Of a stretch of 64,000 nt of DNA, positions 1-12,799 are shown one piece after another. The DNA is taken from positions 6,138,001 to 6,202,000 of the forward strand of contig CM119384.1 in assembly GCA_051294905.1 (NCBI GenBank). The letters are read 5' to 3'. Under the pieces are notes generated by a model that was given only the letters and a program-made list of their open reading frames with translations, did no database searches and was not told the origin of the DNA. The stretch is from Botryllus schlosseri (lineage: Eukaryota). Numbering within the stretch: the stretch's first letter is position 1; each line of letters starts with the position of its first letter. Both the position numbers and the translations under genes were made by a program.

Positions 1-226
1 TCATAAAAGGCCCGGAAGTGGGCCGTACTGCAAGTCGGCAGCTACGGAATAAAAATTAAGAAAATTGGACTGGTGTAAATGACCATAGTCGTCGACAAAC
101 ACCATGAATACCATAAACATCAACTACTACTATGGTCATTGGTCATTTACTCCAGGCCGATATTTCTTATTATGATTCCTGATCTGCCGACTTGTAGCAC
201 GGCCCACTTCCAGGCCTTTGTAAGAC
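1..226. mobile_element. Small MITE (left end at or just outside the window edge)
   Basis: Imperfect inverted ends: ataaaaggcccggaagtgggccgtactgcaagtcggcag (3-41) vs ctgccgacttgtagcacggcccacttccaggcctttgtaagac (184-226). A related partial copy lies at ~14143-14260. Confidence 0.6.
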
Positions 227-539
227 GCGGATCACGTGACCACAATGAGCGCGGATAAACCTATAAAAAAGAGAAGCCTATAACAAAGATTGGAGTATAA
301 TTAGTGAGGAGCCTTTGTCAGTTATAAACAGCTACCCAAATTTAGCTGTTAGGTTATAGGCTTACTCAAAATAGTTGAGTGTCCTAAATTTTTGTTACAT
401 ATCGACTGCAACCCTGCTGTTTACCTCATTACCTCGCGGCACCCATGAGCATTTCAATTGGTACCCCGCTCGAGAACCACTGAGATATACGTCTGCTGTA
501 GAAATGATCGCGTCTGAATCAACGATCGATTCGTTTCAG

Positions 540-3347
540 CTCTAGATCCACCAACCGTGACGCACAGGCAAGTCGGCGGCATAGTATCGATCGAGTGGCG
601 GCCCGTGCCGGGAGCCTCGCGATACAAAGTCCAGTCCTTCGATTCCGACGGGAAAATTCTACAAGACGTCTCGTTTCGAGCCACCGAATCCGAACAAACA
701 TTTTACCAACCGTACGCTACCAGCTACGGATACACCGTGACGGTCACCGCAGAGTCGGACGAAAGCATAAACTCAACAGCCACTGTGGTTATCTCGCCGC
801 ACACGAGCCCGTCAGGTACAACCCAGTCAACTAAACAGTCGCACGCCAACACTGAACATCCCACGTCCACCGCAACAACGGAAGTAACTCCCCCGACACC
901 TATGTTTAAAGCGCGGCCTGTTTTACTCGTTGTAACGAGCACACCGGACGATAGCGCGCGCGTTGAGGAATCGGACAGCAGCCCGGCTCCCGAATACATG
1001 GCGAATAAGGACGACGCGTCAGGTAGCGGTGTACGATGTCGGTGGTGAACCGGGCGTGATAGCTTGATGCATGTATCACGCAGCTGCGTTTCCTTGTACA
1101 GTTTCATCCATCTCGCACGTTCGATTATTTTGCCGCTACGCGTGCTGATGTCAAGGGTGGTTTACGGTGTCAGTGTCTCTGCGGCGTGGATCAGCTGATT
1201 TAAAATTTTCGAATCCAAATCCTGCGTATCGGACTTGACATTTAAGTCCAAGTTCAAATTCAGAATTGGTTTGATATCGTATCCTAATCCAATTGCGCGT
1301 CCGTTAATGCCAGAAGTTGGTGCAAGAGTGGCAAGAATATTGAAAATTATTAAAAAATTCCATGTCCAATTCAAATCCGACTTCAAAATAGTAGGAAATC
1401 CATAGTCAAATCCATAGTCCATTGTTAAATCCTGGAAAAATTATCAAATCCGTTTTTTCTACGTGGACGTGCGTTTCCGGCGACGTATTTTTGAATGATA
1501 AATTTTACTATTACGGTTCGTCATGGCCTACTGTTTTATTAGGCCATGGGGGCGTGTGGGCATAACCGAATGAAATTCGCTTGATTTTGCGGGAAACGGG
1601 TTTCGGGTTCTTTCAAGACCGTTGCATAATCTAGTCAAGTTTGAATAGAGACTGGTCGTAAATCATCGCCTCTGCCTTAAGGTATTAAAATATGATCCAC
1701 GTTTACTCCAGCTCTGCTGTTTATTGGTCATTTTTATGACCAGATTGTTATTGTATTTATGACGGAATCCCCCCTTATGAGACTCAACACGCCGCGAGTT
1801 TTGGAATAATATCGCTTTTGAGGCATAATGCCACTTAAGCAAGCCTGTTTCCGCCGCGTTATGATTATCGCGACCGCATTGCGATCTTCATGCGTGCTCG
1901 CCGCAATAGACTGTTGACCTCATCAGATCCGATACGGTAGCGCGATGGAAGAGTACTACAACTATTTAAATGCGCAGCGCAGTAAACCTATGACATCATA
2001 AACATAAACACTGACGCAAAACTGGCAAATAACGTTCTGCCACACTTCAAAATTTGACAGTCCGTCATCTCTTTCCTACATTATTTATCACAGTGGCGTC
2101 GGTATGACGTCAGAATTACTTTAATCCTGTGTTTGCCCGCACTTCCTGGAACTCCAGACATTGCGATACCGGCACGGATGGATTTGCTCCGTGATCGTAA
2201 CCATTTTCGTTGCCTGCCGTACACTTGTCCAACTTCTACGTCATTCCTTCCTCTATTCTTCCGTAATAATGAGTCATGCACGATTTCCCTCTTCACACAC
2301 ATCTCACTTCACTGTAATCGCTTCTATGATTAGATGGTGTACTTGGTGATCGACGTCATTGAATCTCTATCGCCCGCGCTCACTGATGATTTCTTTTGTT
2401 TTACAGATATTTTCGACATGCGGAACCAGTCTGTCGGTGTCACGATCGGGCTCCTTGTCTTCGTGTTTTTATTTATTTTAACTTTTTCTATTATCGTCTA
2501 CAATTTTTTCGTAATAAGGTCTGCGAAAAGTAAACTCAAAGGTAAGTGTCGTATTTCCTTAGATCCTATAGTGAATTTTCATGTTGGTCCTGAGCATCGC
2601 ACGATTTATGTGCCGTCCGACTGTTGTTCGGTAGTAGGCTGTGTGCCAGTTTATGGGTGTTATCATTCCGAAACATCACAAGATTGTTCACACGACGTTA
2701 AAGTGCCAAAACCGACTAGTAAAGTCACAAATGTGTATCATGCACGCGGTGTGCTATTCCAATGCGGAAAAGTGGTGACTCCTACTCAAGATCAAATGAC
2801 GAATATATATTTCAGATAACGAAGACTATGAATATATACTAAAATGGCTTGTACTGTGGAAGAAGAAAGACAAGCGATGCAATTCACCTTGTCTTAAATT
2901 TGGTAAGTCTCCGCATAAGAGTCGATGTTGTCGTTATTAATATTAATACTCATGGTCGGTAAAGTATATAAGGCATTATATTTTTGCTTGTAAAATAATC
3001 TTAATCATTGTGAAAGTCGTATATTTTCGCTACTCGAAAACATCGACTCTGACCACTCGACTCGAATCATTACAATTGACACTTAAGTCGGATTCGAGCA
3101 ACCTCGTTGTGCCCTCAACACTCATTGCTGTTGTTACGGAACCTATCAATGCATGGGATTGAGAGACAATTTTATCATAACTGTGAGAATTTCGTGACAA
3201 TTTCGTGACGCAGCAATGTTTCAACCAGACCTTCGGGGTTGTACGCCTTCCCTCCACGCCTCGAGCAAAGCTTCACGGCGACTCTATACTTATCTTCGTT
3301 ATCTTGTATTTACAGATGGTGCGGTGAATACGTCATCAAATGCATAA
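540..3347 (+). CDS. 3' part of a type I membrane protein: FN3 domain, Ser/Thr/Pro-rich stalk, TM helix, short cytoplasmic tail. Exons ~540-1022, 2407-2541, 2816-2902, 3316-3347; 5' exons are outside the window.
   Basis: All junctions are phase-1 AG/GT. The first exon gives LDPP..SIEWRPVPGASRYKVQ..YGYTVTVTA (FN3 W/Y/Y pattern) then an S/T/P-rich stretch. The second gives VGVTIGLLVFVFLFILTFSIIVYNFFVI followed by RSAKSKLK. The later exons give DNEDYEYILKW... and a TAA at 3345-3347. An alternative phase-1 donor exists at 816. Confidence 0.7.
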
Positions 3348-3863
3348 GAGATTACTAGTACTGTTCCAGCTGTAAACATTCGTGCATTGATATTTCTCTT
3401 TTATTTTCTATTTTTGTATTATTTCGTTTAAACAACATTTTCTGTGATCAAATCGAAATGTCCTGTCTCTGTGAGCTATACTTGTCTGGGGCAGAGAGTT
3501 CAGGGGAATTTTAATAACGTGTACGAAGACAGCGAAAGATTTCGAGTATGCGCTAAAACAATCATCAAAACAAGGATAACCTTAGCCTTCAAATAACTAC
3601 CGTATATAAAGATATGAAGTGGTATCGTGTTAGTCTTATGACGTGGGAATCAAGGCGAGATCTATTTGCAAGATTTCGATACATATCATAATCATATATA
3701 TAGCTGATATATAAATAGAATGTACAGTATTATTAGTTTATTACCATCCGAGCGCAGTCTGCAACCAAGCAGTGTCGCAGTGATGCGTACAAAATACGAA
3801 TGAAACTAGCAAAAACAAAACAGATAGAGTCACATCTGAATGCTATATGGGAAATAATGCTGA

Positions 3864-6800
3864 CTACATTTGCTGCACGTAGTTGTTGGTGGGAGTTGGC
3901 TGCCATGGTACGCTAGAGTAGGAATGACAAAATTCTCTAGTGCGAAAAGTGTGTTGGTACTGACTGGCGATGTGGTTGTTTGACTGCTGGGCTAAGAAAG
4001 ATTGCGATGGAGTGTAGTAGATTTGGTTTTCCTGCTTGGCCCGGCTGATTCGACCTTTTTTCCACTTTGCTCTTCGGTTTTGGAACCAAACCTTGAAGTA
4101 TAGCGTATTCGTGATTATAGAATCTACCGCGATTTTATCAAACCGTATATAGTCGATTAGCACTTATTCGAGTGATTTTATAACTGCAGTCGGTTATGTG
4201 AATTTGGGTAACCCTCTAGCGCAGCGGTTCTTAACCCGGGTTCCATGGACCACTTGGGGGTACGAAACACCAAAGTAGGGGGTTCGAGATCCAGTGTCCA
4301 ATTATAGGCTATACGCTATAGGGACCAAAGTCATTTCACAGATCAACATAAAGTACAATTTTATTTGGCGGATATCTTCAATTCTAAAACCTGCAGCAAG
4401 TCAACTGCATTGCCAAGAAATCGATGACAATAAACATTCGGCCCCTACAAACACCACGTTGGGCAAAACCTTCGATATTGATAACTTCACTCGCCGAAAT
4501 ATCTCCTGTCCATTAAATCCACACACGCTGTGTTGAAAACCAGATCAGAGCTTTGGGACTGCCTAACGAAGTGCTGTTTCGAACCCAGATGAGAGTACGT
4601 ACGAGAAACATTTCATGACAGCTCGAGTAGGGATGGTGTGAACGTGAGGTTCACGTTCGCGTTCTGTGTGTGAACCTCAGAAATTTAGAGGTCCACGTTC
4701 ACAAACGAACCTTGGTAGGTTCTGCACTGAGAGCCATTTTCATATATTACAATTTTGACTTAATTATATAACACCTCTCGTTGAAATTCATTGCATTTCA
4801 ACTGCTGGCCACTCTGTGCATGGCGCTGGCAACATAAACAAAATCAACACTAAACGAGCATGCACCTTCACAATCTTTAAAAATGTTACTTGCTTTGTTG
4901 CGAAAGTTAGCTCGAAATATCCAGCTTTCCGTTTGTGAATATTTAATGACTGCCTGCTGTGGGTTTGACCCGCAATCACACAACACCAGGAGAGAAATAC
5001 ACTGTAAATTGATATCGTTGTCTGATGTAAAAAAAAAAAAAACTAACAGGCGTACGGGGTCAATCTTGACTTCATATGTTTATTGTATCATAAAAACCAA
5101 ATCGGTGCGATTGGGGTGTTGGCTACTGCTGTATAACATGTAAATGGGGCAATATCTGTAGCAAGAAACCCGTTTTACACTCTGCTCAATGTCAACGTAG
5201 CAATACTCGCACGCCAAATACATTGTCCGGTCTGGCCTAGACCGTTAAGGCGTAAGTTTAATTTCCTCGCAAGTCCTTGTCAAAATTGCTGGCAAAGAGA
5301 CGGACGATATTGATTTTATGGGATTATTGTATTATTTGATTGCCCCAGTTCATACAGTTAGCGACGTTTGAAACGTCAATATGTAGGCTACTTCAGCATT
5401 GTGGCATTATGTGGTCCGATTCGTCGCTAGGTATCGTCTACACCAGTGTTTCTCAACCTTTTTCACCTTGCGGACCGGTAAAATTTCCTAAAATGTCTGG
5501 CGGACCGGTGAATTTTCAAAGTTGAAATTAAGCCAAAATTTAATGTTTGCAACCGTTTTTTGCAATAATATGGTGCTAGAGAGTGACATTTAGAGGGTTT
5601 TGATCATAATGAATTATCTTCACGATGGCATCTATGCGGTTTTACGATAGTGAGTCTACTGAGTCGAGGTAAAATTGCCTTGTCCAGATAAACGTGCTAT
5701 ACCGCCGAGAGTCGTGTACAGTCTTTCGTGCCGAAGGCCGTGGATTTAACTGACCGCGCCAACTCGAATAATATTCTTCTCTTTGACATTATCGAGAGAA
5801 GAAGCGTTTCGAAGTAGAACCAAGCACCTTGTCGTTCTACCTTGCTCATTGCCCACTGCCACCAAACGCAGGCGACTCTGGCAACTGCAAATACAATGCG
5901 TGCCGCAAGAAAACAGCTTACAGCAGCTATACCGGTCATGCGCAAACCCTAGCCGAAAAATTACTTCGTCAGCCCACCCCTAAAAACGTTGGTCATGGAC
6001 CCCCAACAGGGCGATAAGACAAACTTCCGGGGCTTCGCCCCCAGACCCTATAGTTGGGTGTTTTTTTTCACCTGCACTTGTGAGCGCATTCATTCTACTC
6101 AGTGTAAGCGGAGAGTTTATGTAGCTTAATCGCGCCGATAACGAAAATTTTCGATCATTCATGAGTATGACTGAATCGGATTTCTCGCTGCCGAATTTTT
6201 GACACACCTTTCGGATTCCCATGTTAGCCTAAACTTCATTATGTGTTGGTACGTCGTGGCGCGGTAATGGCTGACGCCGAAATGCCTATTTCTATAAATC
6301 ATCGTATTTCTTGGAGAAGAGGGCACCTGTAAGTTGCAAGACATTTTGTGACACTAAATCGCGCAAAGCGCGAAAAGAAATTAAAAAATATTGGAAAAAG
6401 TTTCGAAAAAATACGCTATGATTTATGTTCATTTACAAAATAAATCTGGGCCCTTTCCAAGCTCGGCCCCTCTCCAATTGGGCGGTGTGGGGTGACCCAG
6501 TTACGGTCATGCACAAAACGAAGGAATCAAAAACGAATGATCGCGCAAACTGCGCTGTTTAGCGATGAGTCAGCTCGTATCTGTACTTGTCGCCTTCAAC
6601 ATTGCATCTTAAAATTAGGGTATAAAATTGTAATATACCTGGCGGACCGGCAGGAATGTCGTCGCGGACCGGCACCGGTCCGCAGACCGGCGGTTGAGAA
6701 CCACTGGTCTACACTACAGAGTCTACATTAATATAGGCTATCACTTCACTGAAATGTAGGGCTGGAATTAGCAATATGACGTCATGAGGTTCACGTTCGC

Positions 6801-9800
6801 GTTCACACAGAACCTTTCAAAAAGATTCGAGTTCACACGGACCTGAACCTTTCCGAGGTTCACACCATCCCTATGTACGAGCTCCAAAAAGGTTAAGAGA
6901 TACTGCCCATATTGCTAATTTGAAAAAAGCTCAACGACATTAACCGAGGGCTAAAGACGTTCCAGCGGATCATTTGGGTGTCGAGTCAAGAATAAGCTAT
7001 TTATGATTTGATTGAAGTGTCGTCCTTTACCGATTCCAAAATATGGTAACCCCAATTAGCTGCGCCATCAAAAGCGACGTACCGCGTTGTTGATTGTAGC
7101 ATGGTTGCTGATTTTCGAACGTCACTGCAAAATCATTACACCATGACGATGGCCCCATTTCCTACCCTTTTAGTTTCAACTCACTGACCGATCACATTTT
7201 AAAATCAACCCGGAACGCAATCACGACAAAAGTATCCACCACAAGATGAGGACTTTGTTGTCTTTTTCATTTTACACTTGTTAAGACTGGTTCTACCAAC
7301 AACTTCATTTCGACTGATGGGTTCCGACTTCGCTGTTTTGTGAAATTCTCTGAGGCCGCTAAATTGTCCAGCATACTTGCAGCATTGCAGCATAGAGTAA
7401 TTCGAAAGTAGGCCGTATGAACTCTAGAATCACGACAGAAAGCGTTCTACATCAGGTTCTAAATATCTAAATAATCCGTTTCGAATTCGTTATTTTTTTT
7501 CTATAATTAAGGAATAAGCCTCACCCTCTTACATTTTCCAATTGAGAATAAAATTTAAATATATTTGACGTGGACCAGCGGTTGGAGAACCAGCTATTGC
7601 CGATTGACATGTCTTCGTAGTCTTCGTAGATAGATTAAATATACACATAAGCAGAGCCGGAACTGCCACACCCCAATCCCCTCAATTGGGGGGAGCTCGA
7701 AGAGGGCCCAAAATTATTTTGCAAATCAACATAAATTATAGGGTATTTTGTGGAAGATTTCCTACACAACTTCAAAATTTTCTTCCATTAATTTTAGTTA
7801 CATGATGTCTACTTTCAATATATAGGTACCCTCAGCGCCCCCCAAAAAATATGCATCATTTTTTTAAATAGGCATCTCAGCGCCGGCCATTATCGCTCCA
7901 CGATAGTTTCGGGCAACATGCGACTTCGCGAAGTGTGTTACCAAATAAAACCTTGGCTGCAAATGGCCACTGCATGTCGGCCGAAACCATCAATATATAT
8001 ATCGCTAATTATTGTCCTTTGTCCAAAGCCGCGGAATAGTCCTGCACTTGCTATCTGAAGTCACCACCTGCCCCAGCTCTACAAATAAGCCTGAGCACGT
8101 GGATTGAGAGAAGATTAAAAATTAATAGCATTACATGCGATTACCAATATTATAGACTTGTGCGACTACGAACGCATATGCACAGAACCCCTGCAACCAG
8201 GGCCGTAACAGCACTTCGTCAGCCCCCCCCCCCCAAAAAAAACTTTGGTCTTGGGCCCCCCATAGGGTTATATACCGAACTTCTGGAGGGCTCCGCCCCC
8301 CAGACCCCCACCCGGCGATACACTGTTTACCGCTATTCATCAGATTCATTGGGAGTTTGTTTAGTGGATCAGCTTTTGTCGCCTAAGCGCGCGAAGCGCG
8401 GAAAATTTCTAGAATTCATGATTTCATCGCTCAGTATGATCGGGAATTGCATACATTGTTGTCGATTTTTATCTTCTCTCTGCTCAAGTAATCAGATTTG
8501 CCGGTAGAGTTGAGTGGGGTGTGTTTGAAAAGGTAGGACCACGCAATAATAATTGAACATCTGCGGGCGTATACCCGTTGGCAGGAACGAAACAGCACCT
8601 CGTCAGGCCCCCAAAAACGTGGGTCTTGGGCTCCCATAGGGTGATAAAACGACCCCCCATCACGTTGTTCGCATTTGTCACGAAATTATCTGTACCGTAT
8701 AGGGAGTTGGCGCGAAGTGCGAAAATTATCGATAATTCATGATAAAATCGGCCAATCAGATCGGCGATTGCCTATATATTATGCTATCAATTTATTGTCC
8801 TCTTTACTCACGTAATTAGATTTGCCGGTAGAGCTGAGTGAAGTCTCTTGAAAACGGGAGGGCCCGTAAATAATGATTAAACATCTTCGGGCGGGAGGAC
8901 CCGTTGATATGACTTCGTTACATGATGTTATTTCGTGACTTCCAGTCTGCTATATCATAAAATATAGAATCGCCCAAACGTAGGCTTCTAAACTAAGAGA
9001 CGCACACGATTTCAAATTGGTATTTCTTCACTGGCATAAAATTTTTCCCAGCGGAATGGTATTTGTCTTGTGAGGTTCGGATTGCAAAGACAGGGACATT
9101 CGGCGCCAGTCATTTAGGCGCCTATGGACAATTAAACCTATTTGTATTTTGTATAGCCTATATAACGAAGTCTTCGGTCTGCATAAGGGCATAGACCTTT
9201 TCGGCCAAGCTTTTCTCGCTGCCGATCGTTCTGGCACACTTCTTGGATAGTCGCATTTTATATGGCCTAAAACTCGATTGTATGCCTTGGTGGGTCGTGG
9301 CGCGGTAATGGCCCAATACCCAATAATACAGATAGATGGCTACTTGCATTCGCGAAAAAATTTTGAAAATATTGCATAAATTTTCAAAAAATACTCTATG
9401 ATTTATGCTAATTCACGAAATAATTTTGGGCCCCCTTCGAGCTCGCCCCCCCCCCCCAATTGGGGGGTTTGTGGTGCGGCAGTTACGGTGCTGCCTGCAA
9501 CAGTAAAAGGTGTTTTATATGGTGGTGATAAAAGGTCCGTCGTGAAGGGGGGGATTGGTCTGGCTCCACTCGCCAGAAGCTTAGTTTATGACTCCATGGG
9601 GCCCATAAGACCAACGTTCAGGGAGATGACGAAGTACTGTTTCGGCGCTGCATATAAGGATACGCAATATACATACATAAAAAGTTCTTGAACAAAACCA
9701 ACTTTACCAAGCGAATGGCCGCAGCCATGCTCAAGATCGAATGTAATGATGCAAACCTCACCTATAAGTAGACGATACTAACGAAGATGGTGCGGGAGCG

Positions 9801-12799
9801 GACGGGAGCAAAATAACTCTCGTGGTCTGTTAGTCACGGTAAATTGAACGTGATTATATTTGTACGTACATTCATTCCCAGGATTCCAAGATAAGTTTTG
9901 GTCTTTGCAAATATATGTTATGCCTGTAGCTAAATAACCAATGCTTCCATGTTCTACTTTGCCAATACAACCCGCAATTCAGTTACATCTGATAGATGTA
10001 TCTTGATCGTAAACTTTCAACGTAGCATGCATCGGCGAAAATCATTGGCTATATAGATCGTGAGGTTATATGAGTTGACTTAGATGGTCTATATACCCGA
10101 TTCAAATCTTTCTTGCACTAATCTCTGTACCATATGGCGTCTGGTTTCGGGGATTCCCTTCATCAGTGTGGTCAAAATTGTATGGTAGTTAATTGATCGC
10201 TACGAGTTGAAAGAACGGATAGGACTTATTATTTATTATTCTACCGTGCAGTGGAGATACGAGCGACCGTTGCGATTTTCATTCGCGTGAAATTTCAATT
10301 TGAATTTAATGCATTTTCTGCCGACGATATAATGCTCGACAACAACTTCCGCACATATCGCCGCATCTAACCGTGCAGTCCGAGTGTAAACTTTATAGAT
10401 TTATTCCCGTCAGTTATAATGCATCAACACAGTCGTGTGTTGAGGCTTATCGGATTTTGACCGCAGTCTGTTTGGCTTGAAAGCATTGTCAAAAATCCGT
10501 TATTTTCTCTGACTATTTCCATCATTCGTTGATAAAATAGCCAGTTTAAAATGAAATTATTATTTTATTGCAAAGAGAATGATAAGTTAATGCCTATGAG
10601 CATTATTTCCCGGCGCTACCTCACCGCATATGCATATTCATACCGAGTGTTACAGGTTTAGGGGTTGGGTTAGGGTACTTTTTAACTCGGCCATTTTGCC
10701 GTTCGATAAAAATTCAGGGCGCAAGAAATCCCGAGAATGTAAATTTCAATGCGGTGCTTTTGAAACCTATACTCTATTGTGAACGGTACATATTTCCTAA
10801 TGGAGTATGTTGCTACGATTTTATGGAACCGCTCGAAAGAAATTCTCTCCATGTAAAATAAATACTAATACACTTATATATAGGGTTGCATTAAAAGCAA
10901 ATGGCTGTTAAACAGTTTTAAACTGTGTTTTAAACAAAAACCTATAAAAAAATTGTGTTTTTCAAGTTGTAAAATTATGCCATAATTGTGTAAATACGTT
11001 CCCAAAAACATGTTGTATGATATTATCACCCGATATAGCAGACGTATATCGATATGGGATGCTGGTTGGAACCGTCAAACTAGTCGGTTCAACAGTTATA
11101 GTACAGATATTTCGTCGAAGTAGCTATATCTACCCTGTATTTTCAATTGTCAGAGTCAATACATTATGACGTCACCATTGAACATTGGTGACGTCCTGGC
11201 TTTAAAAAAGGATGTTTTAAACATGTTTGTTTTAAATTGATTTGTGCTTTAAATGCAACCCTACTTATATAGCAATAATTATAGCTATTTGCACTAAGTT
11301 ACGATTTCAGATTTTCTACAATTCGTAAAAATATAATTACCATATAATAATTTATAATCACGCTTCTTGAATAAAAGAGGACAACTAAAAGTCTGGGGGG
11401 TCAGGTTAATACTTAACTTTGTATTATTTTTATTATTTTGTATTAATATTATTAATATTTTTTAGTATTCGTTTGTTCGAATGCTATAAAAATTTTGAAA
11501 ATATACGTCAAACCCTTATTTATATTGATGTCTCGTAAAAATTCCTGATCTTAAACTTCTGAAAACACAATTCGTCGTTCACCTTGCAGACCCAGGTTGA
11601 ACAGTATTCTGCGATTTTCGTACTTTCGAAAATGTCGTGGCAATATGGTGTTTAATGTGATATTTTTATAATCCTGTTCAGTCCACGCTAACTATATATT
11701 GATACTTGGGCACAAACTATAATGCATTTACGCTATAGTTTATAGTATATTTTCTCACCTGCACTCTAGACTCTGAAAGTCCAATTCTAGCAGCCAATTC
11801 TTCTCTCATGAAGATATCGGGATAATGAGTTTTGCGGAAACTCTGCTCCAAATCGTGCAGCTGCGAGGGAGCGAATTTGGTTCTGAATCGTTTTGACTTC
11901 AGTTTCTGCTTGTTTTCCGGCACATGCTTCTTTTGGTCTGTGACTAAGGACTTCGGCTCACGGGCAACATTAGGCTTAGGTAGTTTCAGCTCCTGGTTCT
12001 CGTCGTGTCTTTTAGGGGTCTTCGATCCGGCTGGAGTTTTCCAACAGCTTGTTTGAGATGATGTTTTCTCAAATTCCAGATTCCCCGAGTGAAATTTGTT
12101 TGGATCTTCGAAGAGAAGGTTGCTTTCCTGTTTGAAATCAACGAGAGTCGAATGTGGTCCAGGACTACACCCGGTTTCCTTTGTTGGAAAGTATCCAGAT
12201 TTGGAGGCCGTAACTGTCATTTGATAGAGCTCTACTTCTTTTAGAATTACTTCATCGGAACGATGCGATATAATATCAGGCCAATCGGTACCGACTTCGC
12301 TAGGCAATGAGGACGTCACAAACTGGGAGCACTCGGTACCATTTCTTATATCATACACCGTTTCGACATTCTGTGTGATTTTCTTTTCATGCGTCTGGCG
12401 ATGATCGTAGCTCCAGATGTCCAATGATTTGTTGTTATGAGGACATGCAAGGTTTTGCTGAGAACAATTACCATTGGATGACGATTCCAAGCGTAGTAGT
12501 TCATCATTTTTGCATCCTGAGAGATCTCCATTTTCACTCAGAAAACACCTAGAATATCTTGCCACATTATAACTCATTGTCTCATCGAACGTGTGCGAAT
12601 AAGAATTATCTGCATTCTGGTTAGTCTCTATAAGACCACTAGTATTTCCAGTCGCCAGATACTCATTCGGTATCGAAACCCGTTGATGAGGAGAGTTTAG
12701 ATAGCATTGAACCGAAGAAGTGTCAATTGTTTCTGTGTCAGGTAATACACCGCATGAAGTCATTGCCAACGAATTCATATTCGAATTGGTATATTCCAT
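3864..12799 (-). CDS. OTP: Orthopedia-type PRD-class (Q50) homeobox gene. Exons 12799-11759 and 4091-3864, intron 11758-4092.
   Basis: Spliced homeodomain [47 protein letters not shown]|[12 protein letters not shown]. It matches the Otp signature ([36 protein letters not shown]). Donor CAG|GTGAGA and acceptor TTCAAG|GTT fall at the usual PRD-class Q46/V47 position. Confidence 0.85.
4628..6873. mobile_element. Non-autonomous hAT-like element (TAGGGATG ends) carrying nested insertions
   Basis: Ends tagggatggtgtgaac / gttcacaccatcccta with subterminal ggttcacgttcgcgttc copies at both ends. The 8-bp flanks match only 5/8, so it is probably old. Confidence 0.6.
5444..6706. mobile_element. Non-autonomous hAT (Buster/Charlie-type) element
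   Basis: Ends cagtgtttctcaacc / ggttgagaaccactg; perfect 8-bp TSD gtctacac (5436-5443, 6707-6714). Confidence 0.85.
7652..9493. mobile_element. TIR element of a dispersed family, also at ~5990-6510, ~21540-22365 and ~63330-63815
   Basis: Ends cagagccggaactgccacacc...caattggggggagctcg vs cgagctcgccc...caattggggg...ggtgcggcagttacggtgctg. Internal ~150-bp direct duplication (8430-8570 vs 8750-8900). No TSD recovered. Confidence 0.55.
10881..11263. mobile_element. hAT (Ac-type) MITE
   Basis: Ends tagggttgcatt / aatgcaacccta; perfect 8-bp TSD cttatata (10873-10880, 11264-11271). Confidence 0.88.

Noticed and set aside
2542-2819. C-terminal half of ORF 2334-2819 as coding
   Set aside because: A strong donor (AAG|GTAAGT) at 2542 and an acceptor at 2815 indicate read-through into an intron.
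10655-10680. Interstitial telomere (gtttaggggttgggttaggg)
   Set aside because: Only one exact TTAGGG-type unit plus degenerate neighbours; not an array.
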